From Desulfoplanes formicivorans (GTDB lineage: Bacteria > Desulfobacterota > Desulfovibrionia > Desulfovibrionales > Desulfomicrobiaceae), in contig NZ_BDFE01000015.1 in assembly GCF_001748225.1 (NCBI RefSeq), positions 361,437-425,436 on the forward strand: DNA of 64,000 bases, read 5' to 3'. Every line of letters begins with the position of its first letter. Within the stretch, counting starts at the first letter, position 1. The position numbers and the translations under genes are program-made. Below are positions 19,354 to 27,341 of this stretch, piece by piece. The notes under the pieces are model-generated. The model was not told where the DNA came from and made no database searches. It saw nothing but the letters and a program-made list of their open reading frames with translations.

Positions 19354-20736
19354 ATGTCGTGGTCGTGCAGGAGGTCATCTTTCAGAACAGTTTTCAACAC
19401 AATGTGGCTTACGGGTGCCCTGGTGTGCGCCGTTCTTCCCACGGCAGCCCTTGCTGAATCGGAATCCCTTTCCCAGGGCAATGCCAATATCTTGTGGACA
19501 CTGATGGCCGCTTTTCTGGTCATGTTCATGCAGGCCGGATTTGCCATGGTGGAGACCGGCTTTACCCGGGCCAAGAATGCCGGGAACATTCTCATGAAAA
19601 ATGTCATGGATTTTGGTGTGGGCTCCATAGCCTTTTTATTTGTGGGCTTTGCCCTGATGTTCGGTCTGGATGTGGGGGGTGTTTTCGGAGCCAGTGGTTT
19701 TGGTCTTTCAGGGGTCACTCCGGCAACTCCGGATGGACAATGGACCCTGACATTCTGGTTCTTTCAGTCGGTATTTTGCGCCACTGCCGCCACCATTGTG
19801 TCGGGCGGAGTTGCTGAGCGAACCAAGTTCGGCTCGTATCTCATTGTCAGTCTGGTCCTTTCCACCATCATTTATCCCATTTCCGGCCATTGGTGCTGGG
19901 GCAGCCTGTGGCTTGGGGATTCCGGTGCCGGCTGGCTTGAAGGCATGGGATTCACCGATTTTGCCGGCTCCACGGTTGTCCACTCGGTGGGAGGCTGGAT
20001 AGCCCTTGCCGGAGCCATTGTCCTTGGTCCCCGCATTGGCAAATATTCTCCGGACGGTAAGGCCAAAGCCATTCCCGGGCATAACATCCCTCTGGCCGCA
20101 CTGGGCGTGTTTATCCTCTGGTTCGGGTGGTTCGGTTTCAATGCCGGCAGCACCACCACGGCCGATGGAACCATCGGGTACATCGCCGTCAACACGTCCC
20201 TGGCCGCTTGTGCCGGTGCCATTGGTGCCATGATCATGGCCTGGATCAAGTTTGGCAAGCCTGACACCTCCATGACCTTGAATGGCGTGCTCGCCGGACT
20301 GGTGGGAATCACGGCCGGATGTTACGAGGTCGCTCCTTCCGGGTCCATTCTCATCGGGCTTATGGCGGGCTTTCTGGTGGTCCTGTCTGTGGAGTTCATC
20401 GACAAGGTTCTGCACATTGATGATCCTGTTGGCGCGGTTTCCGTGCACGGCGTTTGCGGTGCCTTTGGTACCCTGGTGGTTGGTCTGTTCGCGGCCCCGG
20501 GATACGGGGATCAGGTCGGCCTGTTCTATGGCGGCGGCATCAGCCTTTTGCTGGTCCAGCTTGTGGGCATAGCCGTTGTTTTTGCCTGGGCGTTTGGCAC
20601 CGGTCTGGTTCTCTTCAAGGTTATCAAGGCTGTCTGCGGCATCAGGGTCAGTGAAACCGAAGAGCTCAAGGGACTGGATATTACCGAACACGGCATGGAG
20701 TCCTACAACGGCTTCCAGATCTTTACCACCGAATAG
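19354..20736 (+). CDS. amtB: Ammonium transporter (Amt family)
   Basis: 460 aa, 11-12 TM, Amt signatures (GFAMVETGFTRAKN, FNAGS), signal-peptide-like N-terminus. SD GGGAGG 8 nt before the ATG. Confidence 0.95.
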   Translation: MSWSCRRSSFRTVFNTMWLTGALVCAVLPTAALAESESLSQGNANILWTLMAAFLVMFMQAGFAMVETGFTRAKNAGNILMKNVMDFGVGSIAFLFVGFALMFGLDVGGVFGASGFGLSGVTPATPDGQWTLTFWFFQSVFCATAATIVSGGVAERTKFGSYLIVSLVLSTIIYPISGHWCWGSLWLGDSGAGWLEGMGFTDFAGSTVVHSVGGWIALAGAIVLGPRIGKYSPDGKAKAIPGHNIPLAALGVFILWFGWFGFNAGSTTTADGTIGYIAVNTSLAACAGAIGAMIMAWIKFGKPDTSMTLNGVLAGLVGITAGCYEVAPSGSILIGLMAGFLVVLSVEFIDKVLHIDDPVGAVSVHGVCGAFGTLVVGLFAAPGYGDQVGLFYGGGISLLLVQLVGIAVVFAWAFGTGLVLFKVIKAVCGIRVSETEELKGLDITEHGMESYNGFQIFTTE

Positions 20737-20799
20737 GGATATGGCCACAGATACCTGCCATATGAATAACGACGCCAAGATCAAGGAGAAAGACACATT

Positions 20800-21141
20800 A
20801 TGAAACTCGTCATTGCCTATATCCGGCCCGAACGGCTCAACGCCGTCAAGCAGGCCCTGTATGAAAGGAAAATCTATAACATGTCCGTGACCAACAGCCT
20901 GGGCAGCGGCCGTCAAAAGGGTTTTACCGAAACCTACCGCGGAGTGGTCATGGAGGTGAATCTCCTGAAGAAAATTCGTCTGGAAATCGGCTTGAACGAT
21001 GATTTTCTGGACGCTGCCCTGGCCGCTATCAAACAGGGCGCTCAAACGGGTGCCGAAGGGGATGGAGTTATTTTTGTCCAGGATCTGGAGCAGGCCATCC
21101 GCATCCGTACCGAAGAAGAAGGCCCGACCGCCATGGGCTGA
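20800..21141 (+). CDS. glnK: P-II family nitrogen regulatory protein, amtB-linked (GlnK-like, divergent T-loop)
   Basis: 113 aa with PII fold motifs (GSGRQKGFTETYRG). It sits immediately downstream of amtB. The T-loop position that is Tyr51 in enteric PII is Met here. Confidence 0.8.
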   Translation: MKLVIAYIRPERLNAVKQALYERKIYNMSVTNSLGSGRQKGFTETYRGVVMEVNLLKKIRLEIGLNDDFLDAALAAIKQGAQTGAEGDGVIFVQDLEQAIRIRTEEEGPTAMG

Positions 21142-21211
21142 TTTCTCGAACATACCAATCCGCATACCTCCTTACCTTTGTGCCGGAGGAGGCCGCATCT
21201 CCGGCACCACA

Positions 21212-21248
21212 AGGCCCCTGTATCGTGCAGGGGCCTTGTTTGTGTTTT
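21212..21248 (+). terminator. Rho-independent terminator after glnK
   Basis: Stem AGGCCCCTG/CAGGGGCCT, loop TATCGTG, then TGTTTGTGTTTT. It is preceded by a second 9-bp hairpin at 21180-21207. Confidence 0.65.
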
Positions 21249-21455
21249 GGGGGGATAAGTATTTTCTGTGGCCGGAAGATGGTGACTGCCTGGCCAAGAT
21301 GGATTAGGGATGGTGCACCCAAGGCTGGGGAAATCGTGCACAATCAGCAACGGCCATGTTGTCTTGGGCTGTTTGGTCTCTGGCATGCTGTGAAAAGAAA
21401 CTTTTTTTTCTTGGTCAGGACGCGTCGCATTGGCAATCAATAACCAGGAGCCCCC

Positions 21456-22736
21456 ATGGGCCATATCATAGCCAAGGACATCTATCGCCAGCTGGGCGAA
21501 AAAATCGATAACACCACGGTGCGCACCCCGTGGAATCCGGCGTTGCGGGACCTTTTGCAGGCATTGTACACCAAGGAAGAAGCGGATTTTATTGTGCGCA
21601 TGCCCTATCGGCCTTCGTCGTTGGAACGGCTGCAGAAGATCATGGGCATGGAGCTTCTTTCCCTGCAGAAACGTCTGGAATCCCTGTGCCACAAGGGACT
21701 AGTCTGTGATATCTGGGAGGGAGGCGAATATGTGTACATGGTGAGCCCCCTTGTTATCGGGTTTTTCGAATTCACCATGATGCGCACCAAGGGGGAGTTG
21801 TCTCCCAAAAAATGGGCCGAACTTTTCCATGCCTACATGTTTGGCAGCTCCGGGTTTTTTGATGCCAATTTCGGGGATGAGCAGCAGGTTTCCATCATGC
21901 GTGCCCTGCCCCATGAACAGACTTTGGGCGATCATGTGGAGATCCTGGATTATGAAAAGGCCCAGGCCCTCATGGACGCCCAGACCTCCTTTGCCGTGGG
22001 CATCTGTTCCTGCCGCCATGAAAAGGAGCATCTGGGAGGACGACCGTGTGACGTGCCCCTGGAAACCTGTACCTCCATGGGGTCAGGAGCCGAGTTTCTC
22101 ATCAGAAACGGGTTTGCCCGGTCCATTTCCAGGGAGGAGATGGAGGACATCACGGCAAGGTCCAGGGACATGGGATTTGTCCTGTCCACGGACAATGTCA
22201 GGCAGGACGCAGGATTTATCTGCCATTGCTGCTCGTGCTGCTGCAATCTGCTTCGGGGGATCAGGGAAACCGGGTATTCCGGCATTCTGGTCTCATCCAG
22301 CTTTATGGCCCGGTGCGACGAGGACCTGTGCAACGGCTGCGGTCAATGCGTCCGGGCCTGCCCCATTGATGCCATCACCCTGGTGGAGGTTCCGGCTCAA
22401 GCTGGGGAACGGCCGCGCAAGAAACCCGTGGTCAATGAGGACTATTGCCTGGGCTGCGGGGTGTGCGGACTGAAATGCCCCACCAAGGCCATGCGTCTGG
22501 ATGAGCGGACCCGGAAGGTCTTTCATCCCGAGGATTCCATGGAACGGGTCATCCTCCAGAGTCTGGAGCGGGGGACATTGCAGAATCTGCTGTTCGACAA
22601 TCCCAACAGTCGGACCCAGGGGTTCATGCGCGGGCTGGTGGGAGCGTTTTTGCGGCTTTCTCCGGTGAAAAAGGCACTCATGAGTGAGGCCCTGCGTTCG
22701 CGTTTTCTGGACGGGCTGCGTCGGGCCGGAGGGTGA
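21456..22736 (+). CDS. Cys-rich iron-sulfur protein with two C-terminal 4Fe-4S ferredoxin-type motifs
   Basis: CNGCGQCVRACP and CLGCGVCGLKCP (CxxCxxCxxxCP x2), plus an upstream Cys cluster (CSCRHEKEHLGGRPCDVPLETC, CHCCSCCCN). Precise family not recognised. Confidence 0.6.
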   Translation: MGHIIAKDIYRQLGEKIDNTTVRTPWNPALRDLLQALYTKEEADFIVRMPYRPSSLERLQKIMGMELLSLQKRLESLCHKGLVCDIWEGGEYVYMVSPLVIGFFEFTMMRTKGELSPKKWAELFHAYMFGSSGFFDANFGDEQQVSIMRALPHEQTLGDHVEILDYEKAQALMDAQTSFAVGICSCRHEKEHLGGRPCDVPLETCTSMGSGAEFLIRNGFARSISREEMEDITARSRDMGFVLSTDNVRQDAGFICHCCSCCCNLLRGIRETGYSGILVSSSFMARCDEDLCNGCGQCVRACPIDAITLVEVPAQAGERPRKKPVVNEDYCLGCGVCGLKCPTKAMRLDERTRKVFHPEDSMERVILQSLERGTLQNLLFDNPNSRTQGFMRGLVGAFLRLSPVKKALMSEALRSRFLDGLRRAGG

Positions 22737-22739
22737 AAA

Positions 22740-22949
22740 TCAGGATAGGTAAGCAGGGAAGATAGCTTCTTGCCATGAGTCGGGATAGAAACTGTAGTTG
22801 TGCAATAAACAGGACAAATCAAGCTCGGCAAACCCGAACCCCTCAGGGAGAACCTGGCCGGTTTCTGGTCCCGGCGGATCGATGAAAGCAACCGTTTGAT
22901 CTATTGTGTGGACAACGGTGATCTGGTCATCATCTCCTGTCGGTATCAT
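22740..22949 (-). CDS. Short ORF (69 aa) translationally coupled to vapB; the expected toxin position, but no PIN domain recognisable
   Basis: Its start overlaps the vapB stop (ATGA at 22949). The sequence MIPTGDDDQITVVHTIDQTVAFIDPPG... lacks the PIN acidic quartet and is half the length of VapC. Confidence 0.3.
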   Translation of the reverse strand: MIPTGDDDQITVVHTIDQTVAFIDPPGPETGQVLPEGFGFAELDLSCLLHNYSFYPDSWQEAIFPAYLS

Positions 22950-23152
22950 TATGACTGATCGAATCGTCTTTTCTGCACGACGGGCTGCGCCCGACCCTCT
23001 TCCAGAAAATCTTCGGAAAACTCCTCAAGTGAATGGAAAAAACTATCCCACGTGGGCACGGCAGGTGTGAGAACAACCTGATCGCCTTTTCGGGTGGTTG
23101 TGATCTCATCGCCGGGAAGGCTTGCAACGTAAAGATTGTGGTTGGGTATCAT
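22949..23152 (-). CDS. vapB: Type II antitoxin, VapB/VagC (AbrB/SpoVT fold) family
   Basis: 67 aa. The N-terminal swapped-hairpin region (LPGDEITTTRKGDQVVLTP) and the C-terminus TWDSFFHSLEEFSEDFLEEGRAQPVVQKR match the VagC pattern (WsgFFds..sEDFmaeRnQP.mQeRE). Confidence 0.6.
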   Translation of the reverse strand: MIPNHNLYVASLPGDEITTTRKGDQVVLTPAVPTWDSFFHSLEEFSEDFLEEGRAQPVVQKRRFDQS

Positions 23153-23220
23153 GTACTCGTGTTGGGATAAAGCGGAACCTTTTTTTCAAAATGCATTGAA
23201 TTATTGACGTTGGAGTGATC

Positions 23221-25044
23221 ATGTTGGTCAGACGGTTGTCTTTGCTGGTCGTATGCCTTGTTTCTGTCTTCTTTCTGGGATGTCAGCTTTCCTCCTCTTC
23301 CCTTGAGAATGCCTCGCCAACCCTGACATCATCTTTCTCCGGTGGAGAAGCCTCCTTGCCCGGCAGTCGATTTCCTCTCACCATCATGCATCTTAACGAC
23401 ACCCATTCTCATCTCACGTCTCTTGAGGATCAGTCCATTCTGCTGGATGGCGTGAAGACCTCTGTGGACATGGGCGGTCTGGCCCGCATCAGGACCCGGG
23501 TTGAGCAGATCCGTTCCCAGCATGCTCATACGCTCCTGCTTCATGCCGGGGATGCGGTCCAGGGAACCTTGTTCTTTACCCGGTATCAGGGCGATGCGGA
23601 CGTGGCCGCCCTTAATCTGCTGGGTGTGGATGCCATGGCCGTGGGCAACCATGAGTTTGACAAGGGGCCCCAACTTCTGGCTCGGTGGGCAGACAAGGCG
23701 GATTTCCCCTTGCTTGGTGCCAATGTCGATGTTTCGGGTGAGCCGCGGCTTCAGGGGAAGATCAGGCCCTACGTGATCAAGACCCTTGGGGGGCATCAGG
23801 TAGGGATCATCGGGTTGACCACCCCGGAGACCGCTTTTGTATCCAGTCCGGGGGAGACGGTACAATTCGATGACGTGGCCGCAACGGCCAGAAACATGAT
23901 CACCGAGCTCAAGGGCCAGGGGGTAAACAAGATCATTGCCTTGACCCATCTGGGCTATGAACAGGACATGGCCCTTGCCAGGGGTGTGGACGGGATTGAT
24001 CTCATTGTGGGTGGTCACTCCCATTCCCTGCTAGGGGAAAACAGGGACCTCGGCATGACGGTTGACGGACCTTACCCCACCAGGGTCACCTCCCCGGATG
24101 GCTCGCCCGTGTACATTGTCCAGGCCTGGGCCAAGGCCCGTGAGCTGGGAACCCTTGGTGTGAAGTTCAATGGCGAGGGGGTGATTGAGGCGTGGGAGGC
24201 TGATCCTGTCATCGTGTTGGGAGACAGGTTCAAGCGCAAGGATGGTTCCGGGAAAAAAATCATGATGACGGGAAAGGCGCACAAGATGATTCTGGACGCG
24301 ATCAACGACACTGCGGGAATGGCTGTTGTTGAACCTGACCAGACCATGGCCGCCCTGATCGCTCCTTATGCCGAGGGGGTAAAAGAGATGGCCACCGAAG
24401 TGGTCGCCCGCGTGGCCGAAGATCTTGACCATGTTCGCGTTCCCGGTTTCGACCGATACGGCAAACGGGATGATTGTCCCAACGGCAGTCTTGTGGCCCC
24501 GCTGGTTGCCGATTCCCTGCTCTGGAAGGCCAATGCCCACGGGCTGCGTGCGGATCTGGCCCTGCAAAACGCCGGCGGGGTAAGGACCTCCCTGCATGAA
24601 GGCGGGCTGACCGTGGGCCATGTCTACACCCTGTTGCCTTTTGGCAATACGTTGGTGGTGTTGGAGCTTTCCGGTCGAGAGGTGCACCTGGCCATTGAAC
24701 AGGGGGTGGACGCGGCCCTGCATGGCAATGCAGGGGCTTTTCCCTATCCGAGTCATGCTCGTTTTTTGCTGCATCCGGGGGCTTCCAAGGGAAGTCGGGT
24801 CACGGACATGGAGATCAGGGACGCCGATGGCGTCTGGCAGCCCCTTGATGCGGACAGGATCTACCGCGTGGCCGTAAACAGTTATATGGCCAGGGGCGGT
24901 GACAGGTACCATGTTCTGGAACAGAGTGTAAAAAAACGGTATGATACCGGGTTCGTGGATGCTCAGACGTTCCTTGAGTACGCAGCTCATCGCAATATTT
25001 TGCATAGGCCTGAACAGACCGGCATCCGTGTCGTGAGTGAATGA
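23221..25044 (+). CDS. 5'-nucleotidase / 2',3'-cyclic phosphodiesterase family lipoprotein (UshA-like metallophosphatase)
   Basis: Lipoprotein signal peptide with lipobox FFLGC, calcineurin-like metallophosphoesterase motifs (MHLNDTHSH, GNHEFD) and a C-terminal 5'-nucleotidase substrate-binding domain. ATG at 23221 is preferred (TGGAG SD) over GTG at 23215. Confidence 0.85.
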   Translation: MLVRRLSLLVVCLVSVFFLGCQLSSSSLENASPTLTSSFSGGEASLPGSRFPLTIMHLNDTHSHLTSLEDQSILLDGVKTSVDMGGLARIRTRVEQIRSQHAHTLLLHAGDAVQGTLFFTRYQGDADVAALNLLGVDAMAVGNHEFDKGPQLLARWADKADFPLLGANVDVSGEPRLQGKIRPYVIKTLGGHQVGIIGLTTPETAFVSSPGETVQFDDVAATARNMITELKGQGVNKIIALTHLGYEQDMALARGVDGIDLIVGGHSHSLLGENRDLGMTVDGPYPTRVTSPDGSPVYIVQAWAKARELGTLGVKFNGEGVIEAWEADPVIVLGDRFKRKDGSGKKIMMTGKAHKMILDAINDTAGMAVVEPDQTMAALIAPYAEGVKEMATEVVARVAEDLDHVRVPGFDRYGKRDDCPNGSLVAPLVADSLLWKANAHGLRADLALQNAGGVRTSLHEGGLTVGHVYTLLPFGNTLVVLELSGREVHLAIEQGVDAALHGNAGAFPYPSHARFLLHPGASKGSRVTDMEIRDADGVWQPLDADRIYRVAVNSYMARGGDRYHVLEQSVKKRYDTGFVDAQTFLEYAAHRNILHRPEQTGIRVVSE

Positions 25045-25089
25045 CGAAGGTCATTCACCAGCCCCCCCTTTTTCAAGGAGACCGCTTTC

Positions 25090-26379
25090 ATGCGCATTGT
25101 CACCACCCATACCAATACAGATTTCGATGCCCTGGCCTCCATGGTGGCGGCCACCTTTCTGTATCCCGGAACCATCGGCATCCTGCCCAGCCAGATACGG
25201 TCTAATGTGAAGGCCTTTTTATCCCTGCATCAGGACCTTTTTCATATTGTTCCGCGCAAGGGGTTTGATCTCGAAGGGGTGAAGGAGCTTGTGGTTGTGG
25301 ACGCCAACAATTGGGGACGGCTGGAGCGGATGACCGAGCTGAAGGACAGGGATGGCGTAAAGATCCATGTGTGGGATCATCACATGCAGGGAGCAAATAT
25401 AGAGACCGAACGCATGCGTCGCCATGAACTCGGGGCCAATGTGACCCAGATGGTGGAGGAGATGAAGGCCCGGGATTGCGCCTTTTCACCCATGCACGCC
25501 ACCTTGTTTCTGCTCGGGATTTACGATGACACAGGCAGACTTTCCTATCCTTCGGCAACCCCCAGGGACGCGGCCATGACCGGATTTCTCCTGGAAAACG
25601 GGGCGGATCTGAACGTGGCCACAGCTTATCTTTCGTCTTCGTTTGATAACGGCCAGACCGACATTCTGACCAGTATGCTGGCCAGAGACGAGGTCGTTTC
25701 CGTGTCCGGGTTCGACGTGGCCGTGTGCCTTGTTGATCAGGAATGCGGTTCGGCCATGCTCGCTCCGGTGGTCACCAAGTACAAGGAGATCAAGGGGGTG
25801 GACGGGGTGTTTGGCGTTTTCAGGCTGGATGATCAATCGTGCATTGTCATTGCCAGGTCAGGACATCGGGATCTGGATGTGGGTTCGGTTATCCGTATCC
25901 TGGGCGGAGGAGGGCACCCGGCCGCCGGTTCGGCCATGGTCAAGTCAGGGGATGTGGATGCCTTGTACGCTCAGGTGTGCGATCTGGTCAGGGAAATGGA
26001 CAAGCCCCAGGTGACTGTTGCAAAGATCATGTCCGGTGCGGGCAACTGGTTGACCCCGTCCATGAAACTTGAGGAAGCACGCATGGTTTTGGACCAGGAA
26101 CCTTTGCATGCTGCCCTGGTGGTGGAAAACGGTGCATGCCTGGGCCTTCTGGGCCCGGTGGAGATGAGCAAGGTCAAACGGCCGTCACAATGTGCCTCTC
26201 CGGTCAAGGCGTTCATGCGCAGAAATATCCAAACCATCGGACCGGATCAGGGCATCCAGGAGGCCCTGCGGCTGTTTTCCAACACGGGTGTGCCCATGCT
26301 GCCCGTTGTTCGGGAGGGCAAGGTGGTGGGCAAGGTGACCCGAACGGATCTGATGCTGCAAATGTACGATCTGGGGTAA
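25090..26379 (+). CDS. DHH/DHHA1 phosphoesterase with a C-terminal CBS pair (NrnA-like)
   Basis: DHH motifs (HTNTDFDALAS, VVDANN, WDHHM), a DHHA1 GGGH motif (GGGGHPAAG), then two CBS-like modules. Confidence 0.8.
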   Translation: MRIVTTHTNTDFDALASMVAATFLYPGTIGILPSQIRSNVKAFLSLHQDLFHIVPRKGFDLEGVKELVVVDANNWGRLERMTELKDRDGVKIHVWDHHMQGANIETERMRRHELGANVTQMVEEMKARDCAFSPMHATLFLLGIYDDTGRLSYPSATPRDAAMTGFLLENGADLNVATAYLSSSFDNGQTDILTSMLARDEVVSVSGFDVAVCLVDQECGSAMLAPVVTKYKEIKGVDGVFGVFRLDDQSCIVIARSGHRDLDVGSVIRILGGGGHPAAGSAMVKSGDVDALYAQVCDLVREMDKPQVTVAKIMSGAGNWLTPSMKLEEARMVLDQEPLHAALVVENGACLGLLGPVEMSKVKRPSQCASPVKAFMRRNIQTIGPDQGIQEALRLFSNTGVPMLPVVREGKVVGKVTRTDLMLQMYDLG

Positions 26380-26410
26380 ACCTTGCTGGTCGTACTCGGT
26401 TGCATTTTAT

Positions 26411-26460
26411 AAAAAAACCGGCCCTTTCTCCGTAGAATATAACGGAGAAAGAGCCGGTTT
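26411..26460. terminator. Bidirectional rho-independent terminator
   Basis: 16-bp stem CCGGCCCTTTCTCCGT/ACGGAGAAAGAGCCGG (1 mismatch) with an 8-nt loop, flanked by A7 on the 5' side and TTT on the 3' side. It serves the convergent DHH gene (+) and the small ORF (-). Confidence 0.7.
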
Positions 26461-26485
26461 GGTATGTGTGTTCAGATGAAAGGAA

Positions 26486-26617
26486 TCAGAATCCCCATCT
26501 GAATTTGATCCACGCCCCGTTGGCCGTGAAGTCGTCGTTGTACTGGGTGGTGCAGCATCCAGGAGACATGGATAGCGTTTGTAACGCAAATAGGGTCAGG
26601 AACCATGGAGATTTCAT
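26486..26617 (-). CDS. Candidate small secreted/lipo-peptide (43 aa): MKSPWFLTLFALQTLSMSPGCCTTQYNDDFTANGAWIKFRWGF
   Basis: Hydrophobic signal-like N-terminus ending SPGC, short Cys-containing mature part, then the bidirectional terminator. No clear SD. It forms part of the longer minus-strand ORF 26486..26773. Confidence 0.2.
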   Translation of the reverse strand: MKSPWFLTLFALQTLSMSPGCCTTQYNDDFTANGAWIKFRWGF

Positions 26618-27341
26618 GATCAGAAACAGCTCATGGTTTATCAACGTGTTATCAAGGCTGAGCACCATGGGAAGGGGGTCATGTTTGCTGATTAAAGTAA
26701 CGGTTTGGATGATGGGTCGTGCGTCACCACCCATCAGGATGATTTTTGCCTGGATAAAGGTTTGCAGTTGCAAGCATCTATTTTTGATTCAGATCGGGAG
26801 TGCTTTCTGAATCCCGCGTCAAACATCGAAGAGTTTAAATTTATTAAACTCTTGCAAATATGGGTTGAAAAATATATTGCAACAAGTGTTATACACATGC
26901 TGATTTTTTTCTAGACTATTTTTTTTTGGCCTGTTTTTGATTTTTGTTATAAAAAAAGGATAGATAGAATTCGTCATAAATAGATGCTGCGATTGTCTGG
27001 CAGTAACATCTGCTCACACTGCGGCAACAGATCTTTCTGTGGTATTGGGCGAGACGAGCAGTCACGGAGCCATCACTTCCTTTTATCCAAGAACGCCTAG
27101 GCATATGGGCATTATGAAAGCAGGTCATGCCCACAGCCGTGAGTCGAATGCGAAGAAAGTGTCTTGCTCTTTATAGTGCAGCCTTTTGATTAGTTGGCAT
27201 TGGGACCACAGTTCAAGACGCCACCCAGAGCATACAGCATTGTGATACAGTACAAACCAGTTGCGACAGAAGCCCTTTTCCCCCGGATGCGCGTGTTTCA
27301 TGCCGTCTGTACGTTCGCACCCTTCAGGAGTCCCGTCTTCA

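Noticed and set aside
19708-21165. 485-aa minus-strand ORF opposite amtB-glnK
   Set aside because: It is antisense to two confidently identified genes and its translation is Gly/Arg/Pro-rich.
21390-21455. Second sigma-54 promoter upstream of the Fe-S gene (TGGCATgctgtGAAA)
   Set aside because: The -24-like TGGCAT is present, but the -12 element is not TTGC-like at the correct spacing. This is insufficient to call.
22523-22891. 122-aa minus-strand ORF as an alternative toxin partner for vapB
   Set aside because: It overlaps the 3' end of the Fe-S gene in antisense, is low-complexity and has no PIN motifs. It is not in translational coupling with vapB, unlike the 69-aa ORF.
26400-27340. Possible mobile element, IS or integrase in the AT-rich stretch opening the accessory region
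   Set aside because: No transposase- or integrase-like ORF, no terminal inverted repeats and no direct target duplications were found. Only short spurious ORFs and isolated palindromes are present.
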